Assembly: GCA_964450385.1 (NCBI GenBank)
Contig: CAYVEC010000007.1
Coordinates: forward strand, 5,977 to 69,976
Length of the DNA stretch: 64,000 nucleotides
Direction of reading: 5' to 3'
Source of the DNA: an uncultured Planctomycetales bacterium
GTDB taxonomy: Bacteria; Omnitrophota; Gorgyraeia; Zapsychrales; JANLHA01
Under the pieces are notes generated by a model. The model was not told the DNA's origin. It made no database searches and worked only from the letters and a program-made list of their open reading frames with translations. Of this stretch, positions 18,109-26,837 are shown one piece after another. Positions within the stretch are counted from its first letter, which is position 1. Each line of letters starts with the position of its first letter. The position numbers and the translations under genes were made by a program.

Positions 18109-19872
18109 ATGCGCGTTCGTCTCTATAACAAAATCACGATCGTTGTTGCCGCTATCTGCGGGGCCTTGCTCCTAGCGGTTTTTTTGTATTTGAACGGCTC
18201 GCTGCAACAGGATATGTATAAGCGGGTTGAGGCCGGTCTTCGTCGGCAATTGGGCGTGGTCCGTCTTTATTTTGATGAGGTCTCTCAAATGGAACGCGTT
18301 CCCTGGCAGAGGGCGACGGAACGGATCGCGGCCGAAACGCGGTTGAGGGCCACGATCATTGATGCAGAAGGACATGTCCTCGCGGATTCGGATCTTCTTG
18401 AGGCATCGTTGCCCGCGGTTGAGAATCATTGGGAACGGCCTGAAATTCAAGCGGCGCGTGTTTCGCCGATGGGGACTTCGCGGCGGTTCAGCACGACGGT
18501 TCAGCAGGAGATGCTTTATGTCGCGGCGGCCTTTGGTGAGCCGGCACGGGGGTTTGTGCGGCTCGCGATGCCGCTTGCTGACATTCAGGCGGCTGAAGAT
18601 GAACTTCGGAAATTTTTGATCATCATGTGCTGCGGCGCCTTTCTTGTGTCAGCGGTGGCTGGATATGGCGCCGCGCGCTGGGTGGCCCGGCCTTTGCTCG
18701 AGATCTCACGGGCGGCGCGGCTCATCGCGAGCGGTGATTTTTCAAGCCGGGCCTTTGTCCAGACCCGGGATGAGGTCGGAGAGCTTGCGGGGACATTTAA
18801 TGACATGGCTGATCACATCGAACGGTATATCGGTGAGATCGAGCTCAACCGGTCGCGTATGGAGGCGGTCTTCGCCGGGATGACAGACGGGGTCCTTGTC
18901 GTTGACGGGCAGGGACGGGTCTTTTTGCTTAATGCCGCCCTGAGGCGGATGATGGCCTTAAGCGACCGCGCGATCGGTCAGCGTCCGCTTGAGGTCATTC
19001 TGAACGCGGACGTTCAGGACATCATCAAGGAGTGTCTGGGCGGCGGAGGCGGTTCCGTGACCCGTGAGGTGGTTTTTTCGGACCCGGTTGAACGTCATAT
19101 TTTTGTTCAGGGGGCGCCGGTCATGCGGGGCGGGATCAATGATGGGGCGGTCCTGGTCTTTCATGATGAGACGGAATTGAGAAAATTGGAGCGTATCCGC
19201 CGGGATTTTATTGCTAATGTCTCGCATGAACTTCGGACGCCGGTGACCAATATCAAGGGGTATGCAGATACTCTCATGGATGGCGCCCTGACGGATCCGG
19301 TCCACGCTCCTGAGTTTGTTCGCACGATCTGTTCCGAGGCCGATCATCTTGCCCGGTTGATCGAGGACATTCTTGATCTGTCGGCCTTGGAATCTGGCCG
19401 CTCACGGATGGACATGGCCCCGTGTTCGCTGGCCGCGCTAATTGAGAAGGCGTCAGCCATGGTGACCCCTCAGGCGCATGCGGCCGGGATCACAGTAAGG
19501 GTCGAGGGCGCTGCGGGGATCGCAGTCCTCGGAGATGAACGGAGTCTCGTCCGTGTTTTTATTAATCTCCTTGATAACGGGATTAAATATAACAAATCGA
19601 AGGGAACCGTTACGGTCTCGGCGGTCCGTTCCGAACCGGGATGGGTCGAGGTCCGCGTTGAGGACACTGGGATCGGGATCCCTGAGCGGGATCAGCCGCG
19701 GATCTTTGAGCGTTTTTATCGGGTCGACAAGGCCCACTCACGGCAGATGGGTGGGACGGGGCTTGGATTGTCGATTGTTAAACATATTATTCAGGCGCAC
19801 GGGGGGACCGTCTCGCTCGTGAGCCGTCTCGATCAGGGGTCGTGCTTCATCCTTCGTCTGCCGTCAGCGTAG
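18109..19872 (+). CDS. phoR: Sensor histidine kinase, PhoR-like (TM-HAMP-PAS-HisKA-HATPase)
   Basis: FIANVSHELRTPVTNIKGY H-box; N/G1/G2 boxes (GTGLGLSIVKHII); two N-terminal TM segments. Confidence 0.85.
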   Translation: MRVRLYNKITIVVAAICGALLLAVFLYLNGSLQQDMYKRVEAGLRRQLGVVRLYFDEVSQMERVPWQRATERIAAETRLRATIIDAEGHVLADSDLLEASLPAVENHWERPEIQAARVSPMGTSRRFSTTVQQEMLYVAAAFGEPARGFVRLAMPLADIQAAEDELRKFLIIMCCGAFLVSAVAGYGAARWVARPLLEISRAARLIASGDFSSRAFVQTRDEVGELAGTFNDMADHIERYIGEIELNRSRMEAVFAGMTDGVLVVDGQGRVFLLNAALRRMMALSDRAIGQRPLEVILNADVQDIIKECLGGGGGSVTREVVFSDPVERHIFVQGAPVMRGGINDGAVLVFHDETELRKLERIRRDFIANVSHELRTPVTNIKGYADTLMDGALTDPVHAPEFVRTICSEADHLARLIEDILDLSALESGRSRMDMAPCSLAALIEKASAMVTPQAHAAGITVRVEGAAGIAVLGDERSLVRVFINLLDNGIKYNKSKGTVTVSAVRSEPGWVEVRVEDTGIGIPERDQPRIFERFYRVDKAHSRQMGGTGLGLSIVKHIIQAHGGTVSLVSRLDQGSCFILRLPSA

Positions 19873-19884
19873 CTCATTGTTTCC

Positions 19885-19938
19885 TTCACACAAATTTCAC
19901 GTTCCTATCAAATCTCCTTCAATCTCCTTTTGTATACT
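19885..19938 (+). promoter_or_regulatory. Pho-box-like array of direct repeats (TTCACA/TTCACG/TATCAA/TTCAAT, ~11-bp phase; AATCTCCTT x2) ending 10 bp before a TATACT -10, upstream of the porin-pst genes
   Basis: Hexamer repeats at 19885, 19896, 19906, 19918 and -10 at 19933-19938; no -35 hexamer, as in PhoB-activated promoters. Confidence 0.5.
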
Positions 19939-20014
19939 CTGATGAGACGCATGGATCATCGACGGTGACCCTCATGCGGTCAGAATCAGGATTTTTAACG
20001 AGAGGAAAGGAGCC

Positions 20015-21289
20015 ATGATGAAACGACTATTTGTGATGCTGTGTGCGGTTGCCCTTGTGGTAGGAGGCTCGCTCTCTACGGCAGGGGCCGCGGAGATCGA
20101 TGTCTTGCTTCAGAAGCTCGTGGGAAAGGGGGTTTTGACTCCGGTTGAGGCGCAGATCGTAAAAGATGAGACGAAGATGGATGTCGCTCGACAGATCGCT
20201 CAGGGGCGGATGGATACCATGCCGAGCTGGATCCAGACGATGAAGCTCAAAGGGGACCTGAGGCTTCGGTATCAAGGGGAGAAGCAGGAGAGTTATTCGT
20301 CGTGGAGGAATCGTGGCCGATACCGTCTTCGACTGGGGCTTGAGGCCAATCCCTTGTCGAATCTAAAAGTTGGGGCTCGGCTGGCAACGGGGGACACCTA
20401 TGACAGCCGCTCAACGAATCAGACGATCGAAGACAATTTCAGCAAAAAGAACGTTTATATTGATTTGGCTTATGCGGAGTATTCCCCGATCAGTGATTTT
20501 AAGCTGATCGCGGGAAAATTTGAATCCAAGGATTATCTTTGGACAACTACAGATCTCTTGTGGGATGGCGACATTAATCCTGAGGGGGATTCCGCAGCGT
20601 ATAACCATGAGATCATGGATGATACAACGGCATTCTTTAATATAGGGTCATGGATTATCGATGACATCAATTCCCATTCTTCAAATAATAACGGCCAGCA
20701 TACTGACCCGTTTCTGCACTATGTTCAGGCTGGCGTTGGGATGAAGGCGGACGCGTTCGATTCAAAGCTCGCGGCTGTGTACTATGGGTTCAATGGGATC
20801 CAAGGCCGTCAACTGGATCATGCCAAGAACGGGAACACCGTGAATGGGTCGAACCAGCTGGTCTATGACTATGACGCCCTGGGCGGATCAGCGGAGATCG
20901 GTTTTAAAAAATTACTCGGTGGGCTCCCCTGGGGCGCCGATGACCGGATCGCTTTTTTTGGTGATTATGTGAAGAATGTGTCACGGGGTGTATCTCAGGA
21001 TACCGGATGGGCGGCTGGTGTGAAGTTCGGTCAGAGCAAGATCAGTGAGCCGGGGGATTGGGATATGAAATATATTTATGCCAGTCTTGATAAGGACGCC
21101 TTCCCTGATGCCTATCCCGATTCAGATCGTTATAGCGGAAAGACGAATAGTCAGAGTCATGAGGTGATGTGGAATTACTGCTGGAAGAAGAACGTGACGT
21201 TTGGGCTTGATTATTACCAGAGCAACGCGAAAGAGGGCACAAAAAATAAAGAGCATTTAGTTCAGGCGGATATCGGGATCAAGTTTTAA
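20015..21289 (+). CDS. Outer-membrane porin, likely phosphate-selective (OprO/P-like), first gene of the pst cluster
   Basis: Signal peptide; 424 aa with alternating beta-strand pattern; ends in ...IGIKF; position between phoR and pstS. Confidence 0.55.
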   Translation: MMKRLFVMLCAVALVVGGSLSTAGAAEIDVLLQKLVGKGVLTPVEAQIVKDETKMDVARQIAQGRMDTMPSWIQTMKLKGDLRLRYQGEKQESYSSWRNRGRYRLRLGLEANPLSNLKVGARLATGDTYDSRSTNQTIEDNFSKKNVYIDLAYAEYSPISDFKLIAGKFESKDYLWTTTDLLWDGDINPEGDSAAYNHEIMDDTTAFFNIGSWIIDDINSHSSNNNGQHTDPFLHYVQAGVGMKADAFDSKLAAVYYGFNGIQGRQLDHAKNGNTVNGSNQLVYDYDALGGSAEIGFKKLLGGLPWGADDRIAFFGDYVKNVSRGVSQDTGWAAGVKFGQSKISEPGDWDMKYIYASLDKDAFPDAYPDSDRYSGKTNSQSHEVMWNYCWKKNVTFGLDYYQSNAKEGTKNKEHLVQADIGIKF

Positions 21290-21327
21290 AGTCGATGATG
21301 AGAAGAGTTTTTTACAGAGGAGAGAAA

Positions 21328-22206
21328 ATGAACATGATGAACAAGGGACTTTTGGTAATTGCTGTCGCGTTATTGTGCAGCGGGGCGGCGCAAGCAGAGA
21401 TGCTTCAGATTAAGGGATCAGATACCATGGTGAATTTGGTCCAGCGTTTGGCTGAGGCCTACATGGAGCAAAATCCTGGGCGGATGCTGGCGGTGACCGG
21501 GGGAGGGTCAGGCACCGGGATCGCGGCTGTGATCAATGGGAAATGCGATATTGCGAACGCCTCGCGGAGCATGAAGCCTTCCGAGGTCTCTCAGGCCCAG
21601 ACCAAGGGGATCAGTCCGACGCGCCTTGTGATCGCGGTTGACGCGATCAGCCTGATCGTTCACCAGAGCAATCAAGTTGAACGGCTGACAGTTGATCAAA
21701 TCGGAAAGATCTTCCGCGGCGAGGTGAAAAATTGGTCTCAGGTCGGCGGGGCGGATATGCCGATCACCTTGTATGGACGGCAGTCGAATTCAGGGACGTT
21801 CGGGTTCTTTATGGATGAGGTCCTTAAGGGCGATTATTCACCTAAGATGAACCGCATGAATGGGAACTCTCAGATCGTTGAGGCGGTGAAGAATGATCCG
21901 TCAGGGATCGGATACGTCGGGGTTGGGTATGTCAAAAAGTCGTCGGACGGGCTTCGGGTCCTAGGGGTCGCCCGCAACGCGGCGAGTGTGTATTCAGACC
22001 CGCGTCATGAGAGTGAAGTGAAGACCGGGGTCTATCCGATCGTTCGGCCGCTTAATCAATATATTAACGGCATGCCGAGCGGGGCCATTAAGGAATTCTT
22101 GGCCTTTGAACTTGGTGACGCAGGTCAAAAGGTTGTCGAAGACCTCGGGTTCTTTGCAGTCCCGAAGGATTATCAGGATTTCAACCGAACGACATCAGGT
22201 CTTTAA
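21328..22206 (+). CDS. pstS: Phosphate ABC transporter substrate-binding protein
   Basis: Signal peptide; GSDTMVNLVQRLAEAY...TGGGSGTGIAA PstS signature. Confidence 0.9.
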   Translation: MNMMNKGLLVIAVALLCSGAAQAEMLQIKGSDTMVNLVQRLAEAYMEQNPGRMLAVTGGGSGTGIAAVINGKCDIANASRSMKPSEVSQAQTKGISPTRLVIAVDAISLIVHQSNQVERLTVDQIGKIFRGEVKNWSQVGGADMPITLYGRQSNSGTFGFFMDEVLKGDYSPKMNRMNGNSQIVEAVKNDPSGIGYVGVGYVKKSSDGLRVLGVARNAASVYSDPRHESEVKTGVYPIVRPLNQYINGMPSGAIKEFLAFELGDAGQKVVEDLGFFAVPKDYQDFNRTTSGL

Positions 22207-22271
22207 TCGTGATCTGCGGCAGGGACTCCCTGCCGCAGATCTATATACCGACGGAAAAGGTTGGGTGACAG

Positions 22272-23159
22272 ATGCGTCAACATAAGGTGAAGGAACGGCT
22301 CATCGAAGCGGCTTTTCTGATCAACGGGTTTCTTGTTGTCGGGATCCTTGTCTTGATCTTTGCCCTTCTAGTGAGGAACTCATTGCCGGCCTTTCAAGAG
22401 ATCTCCATTAAGGAATTTTTGTTGAGCGCCCGGTGGAATCCGTCATCGTATTATAAGGCGACCTATGGGATCCTCGCAATGGTGGTGAGCACTTTTATGG
22501 TGACGGTCGGGGCCCTCATGATCGCGGTGCCGCTGGGGGTCGGGGCCGCGGCGTATTTGTCTGAGGTCGCAACCCCCCGGGTTCGGGAGATCGCTAAACC
22601 CGTGGTTGAGATCCTGGCCGGTATCCCGTCGGTCGTTATTGGATTTCTGGGGATCGTTTTGGTGGGGCCGATGATCGCCCGGGCCACCGGTCAATATAAT
22701 GGTCTCAACGCGATTAACGGCGCTGTCCTCCTCGCGATCATGGCGTTACCGACGATCATCAGCCTCTCTGAGGACGCGCTCGGGAGTGTGCCGAAGACCT
22801 TCCAGCAGGCGTCGTTGGCATTGGGCGCCAGCCGGTGGCAGACATTGATCTTTGTCCGTCTGCCCGCGGCCTCATCCGGGATCTTGGCCGCCTGTATGCT
22901 CGGCATGGGCCGGGCGATCGGTGAGACGATGACGGTCTTGATGGCAACGGGAAATGCCCCAGCCATGCCAGACGGATTATTCAGCGCGATTCAGACGATG
23001 ACCGCGACGATTGCTATTGAGCTTGGGGAGGTGGCGTATAACACGACGCATTATTACGCGCTGTTTTCGATCGGCCTCGTCCTTTTCATTATTACATTTA
23101 TTATCAATATGATCGCCGATACGGTTTTGGAAAATTATAAACGGAAAACATCTTATTGA
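22272..23159 (+). CDS. pstC: Phosphate ABC transporter permease PstC
   Basis: 6-TM permease with EAA-like loop GRAIGETMTVLMATGN. Confidence 0.9.
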   Translation: MRQHKVKERLIEAAFLINGFLVVGILVLIFALLVRNSLPAFQEISIKEFLLSARWNPSSYYKATYGILAMVVSTFMVTVGALMIAVPLGVGAAAYLSEVATPRVREIAKPVVEILAGIPSVVIGFLGIVLVGPMIARATGQYNGLNAINGAVLLAIMALPTIISLSEDALGSVPKTFQQASLALGASRWQTLIFVRLPAASSGILAACMLGMGRAIGETMTVLMATGNAPAMPDGLFSAIQTMTATIAIELGEVAYNTTHYYALFSIGLVLFIITFIINMIADTVLENYKRKTSY

Positions 23160-23173
23160 TCGGGAAGGTTTGA

Positions 23174-24031
23174 ATGCGTCGACAGAAGGAAATACATCAA
23201 CGGCTTGGTTTCTCGCTCTTGGCCCTATGCATGGGCATGGTCGTCCTTTTTCTTGCCATGATCTTTTTTGATATTGTGCGAAAAGGGATCGGCGTGATCT
23301 CGTGGACCTTTTTGACCCACGCGCCGACCGACGGGATGCTTGAGGGGGGGATTCTTCCCGCGATCGTGGGGACATTCTATGTGACGATCATTACCGCGGT
23401 GGTGGCGGTTCCCTTGGGGATGGGCTGCGCGATTTATCTTAATGAATATGCGCAAAGCGGGATCGTGACCCGGGTCATTCGTATGGCGATCCGGAATCTT
23501 TCGGGTGTGCCGTCGATCGTCTATGGCCTCTTTGGTGTCGCCTTGTTTGTGGAGTTGATGCGCCTCGGGACCGGGATCCTTGCCGCCGGGCTGACCCTGG
23601 GCCTCATGACCCTACCGTGGACCATTACAGCTTCGGAAGAGGCGTTAAAATCTGTTCCGAAGGGCTATCGCGAAGGGGCCCTGGCCCTGGGCGCTACGAA
23701 GTGGTATGCGATCCGCACAAACGTCTTGCCGTACGCGGTCCCAGGGATGCTCACCGGAGCGATCCTCGGGCTTGCCCGCGCGGCCGGAGAAACAGCTCCG
23801 ATCTTATTTACTGGTGCGGCCTTCTTTTTGCCGCGGCTCCCCGAGTCGGTTCGAGATCAGTTCATGGCGCTTCCGTATCATCTCTATATTATGGCCACAC
23901 AGCATCGGAATATCGCCTTGGCCCGGCCGATCGCTTATGGGACGGCGCTTGTGCTGATCACGATGGTGTTCTTGATGAATTTAACGGGGGTCATCCTCCG
24001 ATATCATTTACGAAAGGCGCAGAGGGATTAA
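23174..24031 (+). CDS. pstA: Phosphate ABC transporter permease PstA
   Basis: 6-TM permease, [18 protein letters not shown] motif. Confidence 0.9.
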   Translation: MRRQKEIHQRLGFSLLALCMGMVVLFLAMIFFDIVRKGIGVISWTFLTHAPTDGMLEGGILPAIVGTFYVTIITAVVAVPLGMGCAIYLNEYAQSGIVTRVIRMAIRNLSGVPSIVYGLFGVALFVELMRLGTGILAAGLTLGLMTLPWTITASEEALKSVPKGYREGALALGATKWYAIRTNVLPYAVPGMLTGAILGLARAAGETAPILFTGAAFFLPRLPESVRDQFMALPYHLYIMATQHRNIALARPIAYGTALVLITMVFLMNLTGVILRYHLRKAQRD

Positions 24032-24032
24032 T

Positions 24033-24803
24033 ATGACAACAGGCCAACAGCAGATCTGTGTGACGGTGAGGGGGTTCGATTTTTTCTATGGCGATCATCA
24101 TGTGGTTAAGGATGTCTCGTTCGACATCGCCTGCCGCGAGGTGACGAGTATTATCGGCCCATCGGGGTGCGGGAAATCAACATTCTTGAGGTGCCTGAAC
24201 CGGATGAATGATCTCATCCCCGGGACGCGGTGCCGGGGGCTGATCAGTATCGACGGACAGGATATTTATGCCCCAGAGATTGATGTCGTGGACCTGAGGA
24301 AGAAGGTCGGCATGGTGTTTCAGCGGCCGAATCCGTTCCCGAAATCGGTTTTTGATAATGTGGCCTATGGGATGCGCGTGAATGGGATTCAGAATAAGGC
24401 TCAATTGACTCTTCGGGTCGAGCAGTGCCTGAAGGACGCCGCCCTTTGGGATGAGGTTAAGGACCGGCTTCACGAGAATGCCCTCTCCCTTTCCGGAGGC
24501 CAGCAGCAGCGTCTCTGTGTCGCCCGGGCCTTGGCGATTCAGCCTGAGATCGTGTTGATGGATGAGCCTGCCTCGGCCCTGGATTCGATCGCGACCGCGA
24601 AACTCGAGGAACTGATCATCCGTCTCAAACAGCGGTACACGATCATTATCGTGACGCACAATATGCAGCAGGCGGCCAGGATCTCGGACCGGACCGCCTT
24701 CTTTATGCAGGGGGTGTTGGTGGAATTTGGTTCGACGACGGACCTCTTCACGAAACCCCGGGTCAAGACAACAGAGGAATATATCACCGGGCGGTTCGGC
24801 TAG
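24033..24803 (+). CDS. pstB: Phosphate ABC transporter ATP-binding protein PstB
   Basis: Walker [10 protein letters not shown], signature LSGGQQQRL, Walker [13 protein letters not shown]. Confidence 0.95.
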   Translation: MTTGQQQICVTVRGFDFFYGDHHVVKDVSFDIACREVTSIIGPSGCGKSTFLRCLNRMNDLIPGTRCRGLISIDGQDIYAPEIDVVDLRKKVGMVFQRPNPFPKSVFDNVAYGMRVNGIQNKAQLTLRVEQCLKDAALWDEVKDRLHENALSLSGGQQQRLCVARALAIQPEIVLMDEPASALDSIATAKLEELIIRLKQRYTIIIVTHNMQQAARISDRTAFFMQGVLVEFGSTTDLFTKPRVKTTEEYITGRFG

Positions 24804-24848
24804 ACAAAAATCGTCTCGGGGATATCCATGTAAGGAAAGGATGGATCA

Positions 24849-25520
24849 ATGGATCGACATTTTCATGAAGAGCTTGAACGTTTTAACACGCAGATTTTAC
24901 GCATGGCCGAACGTGCCGAACAGGCGATTGATAAGGCGGTGCGGGCCCTGGTCGACCAGAATGCCGATCTCGCCCGTGAGGTCATTGCCGAGGACAAACA
25001 GATTGACGAGTGGGAGAATGAGATCGACACGATGGCCGTTGATCTCTTGGCGCTTAATCAGCCCATGGCCATTGATCTTCGGAGTATCACGACCGGGATC
25101 CATGTCAATTCCGAGATGGAGATGATCGCGGACCTGGCCGTGAATGTCGCCCAGCGCGCGATCCAGCTCGCCGGCGAGCCGCCCCTGAAACCGCTCACGG
25201 ATATTGAACGCATGGCCGCGATCGCGAAACGGATGGTCCGGAATGTCGGCGAGGCCTTTATTCGTAAGGATATTCAGCTTGCCCGTCAGGTCATAGAGGC
25301 CGATGAGGAGAGCGACCGCCTGAGGGATGCCGTGTTCAATGAGGTCATTTATTCGTTTTTGGTCAAGGACGGGAGCCTGGCGCCGAGAGGCGTGCCGATC
25401 ATTTTGGTGGCCCGGGACTGCGAGCGGATGTGCGACCGGGCGGTATCGATCGCCGAGGACATTATTTACATGATCCAGGCGAAGGTGGTGCGTCATCACC
25501 CGGAACGTCTTGACGCCTGA
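24849..25520 (+). CDS. phoU: Phosphate transport system regulator PhoU
   Basis: Two PhoU repeats; ~223 aa; follows pstB. Confidence 0.9.
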   Translation: MDRHFHEELERFNTQILRMAERAEQAIDKAVRALVDQNADLAREVIAEDKQIDEWENEIDTMAVDLLALNQPMAIDLRSITTGIHVNSEMEMIADLAVNVAQRAIQLAGEPPLKPLTDIERMAAIAKRMVRNVGEAFIRKDIQLARQVIEADEESDRLRDAVFNEVIYSFLVKDGSLAPRGVPIILVARDCERMCDRAVSIAEDIIYMIQAKVVRHHPERLDA

Positions 25521-25597
25521 GGTCCGCGCGACCGCAGATTCAAAACCCTTGCCCCATCCCTTGAATGGTGGATAATAAGGATGCGGAGGGAAGTCCG

Positions 25598-26059
25598 ATG
25601 TCGATGGAAAAGCGGTTAAAAGCGGTCAGGGCCGGGGAATTGATGACACGTTTTGCCGTCACGGCCACCCCGGATCAGACGATCGTTGAGGTCGCGATGC
25701 TCCTCATGCGGTTTAAGATCAGTGGGGTCCCTGTTGTCGACGATGAGGAGGCGTTGATCGGGATCGTCACGGCCTCGGATCTGTTTGGCGTGATGGAGGG
25801 GATCATTGCCGATGTCGAGAAAGGCCGTGACCCCCGCGAGAGGTCCTGTCAGCTTGTCGGTGGCGTCATGACCCGGGCGGTTACCTGTGTTACCCCTGAG
25901 ACCTCGCTCTATGATCTTATCGGGCTGATGAACGATCAGAATATCCATACCCTTCCTGTTGTTGTTGACGGCAAGATCGAAGGCGTGGTCGGACGACGCG
26001 ACGTGATCAACGCCTGTTATCTCACCGTGGGCAGTCATTATTTTCATTCCGAACGATAA
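25598..26059 (+). CDS. CBS-pair domain protein
   Basis: Two CBS motifs (ISGVPVVDD..., IHTLPVVVDGKIEGVV). Confidence 0.75.
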   Translation: MSMEKRLKAVRAGELMTRFAVTATPDQTIVEVAMLLMRFKISGVPVVDDEEALIGIVTASDLFGVMEGIIADVEKGRDPRERSCQLVGGVMTRAVTCVTPETSLYDLIGLMNDQNIHTLPVVVDGKIEGVVGRRDVINACYLTVGSHYFHSER

Positions 26060-26104
26060 TGTTGAGTCTTTCCTTAAAGCATCCGTTGAACCGCATGTTC
26101 CCGC

Positions 26105-26133
26105 TTGACAAAGTTAGGTTAACCTAATATTAT
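26105..26133 (+). promoter_or_regulatory. Promoter TTGACA-17-TATTAT with embedded perfect 14-bp palindrome TTAGGTTAACCTAA (DtxR/IdeR iron-box-like operator) in the spacer
   Basis: TTGACA 26105-26110; palindrome 26114-26127; TATTAT 26128-26133; GGAGGG RBS before dtxR-like ATG 26156. Confidence 0.65.
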
Positions 26134-26155
26134 AGCGTTCAGAAGGAGGGTCTGA

Positions 26156-26572
26156 ATGGCCATGAAGGTGTCGCCCGCGCATGAGGATTATTTGGAGTGC
26201 ATTTATCGTCTCGAAGAGGCACGAGATCAGGTCCGGGTCAAGGACCTTGCCGAGGCCTTGTCGATCAAGGCCCCCTCGGTGACCGAGGCCTTGACTGCCC
26301 TGAAAGAAAAAGGCCTGGTTGTCCAGGAGCCTTATCAAGGGGTGTCGCTCAGTCCCGCGGGACGGGAGATGGCCCGACGGGTTTTTGGCCGCCACTGTGT
26401 GCTTAGGAGGTTTTTTGAAGAGGTGTTAGGCATCGGCCATGTGCGCGCTGAAGAGGAGGCCTGTGCCATGGAGCATGGGATGGGCACCGAGACCGCGGAA
26501 CGGATGAGGCGGTTCCTTCAATGGATCGATGAACAACGGGCGGCAGACCCGACGTTTTTGAAAAGATTTTAA
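26156..26572 (+). CDS. DtxR-family metal-dependent transcriptional repressor (no SH3 domain; MntR/TroR-sized)
   Basis: wHTH ...VRVKDLAEALSIKAPSVTEALTALKEKGLV... and metal-site helix ...RHCVLRRFFEEVLG... Confidence 0.85.
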   Translation: MAMKVSPAHEDYLECIYRLEEARDQVRVKDLAEALSIKAPSVTEALTALKEKGLVVQEPYQGVSLSPAGREMARRVFGRHCVLRRFFEEVLGIGHVRAEEEACAMEHGMGTETAERMRRFLQWIDEQRAADPTFLKRF

Positions 26573-26581
26573 GGGGGTTCT

Positions 26582-26836
26582 ATGGTGTCTTTGAACACAG
26601 CGGCGCTGAACGTGCCTGTCACTATTGTTCAGATCGATGCCGGGAAAGGGCTCCGCGGTCAGCTCGAGCATATGGGCCTTCGCAAGGGCGCGCGGGTTCG
26701 CGTCCTTCAAAATGCGGCTGGCCCGCTTATTGTGGCGCATGACAATCTCCGTCTTGCCATTGGCCGAGGGATGAGCCATCGGATCTTTGTTGAATATGTT
26801 GAGCTCGGTCCAGACCACAGCGCCCAGGGAGGGTGA
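26582..26836 (+). CDS. feoA: Ferrous iron transport protein A
   Basis: 84-aa FeoA SH3-like domain; directly precedes feoB. Confidence 0.8.
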   Translation: MVSLNTAALNVPVTIVQIDAGKGLRGQLEHMGLRKGARVRVLQNAAGPLIVAHDNLRLAIGRGMSHRIFVEYVELGPDHSAQGG

Positions 26837-26837
26837 G

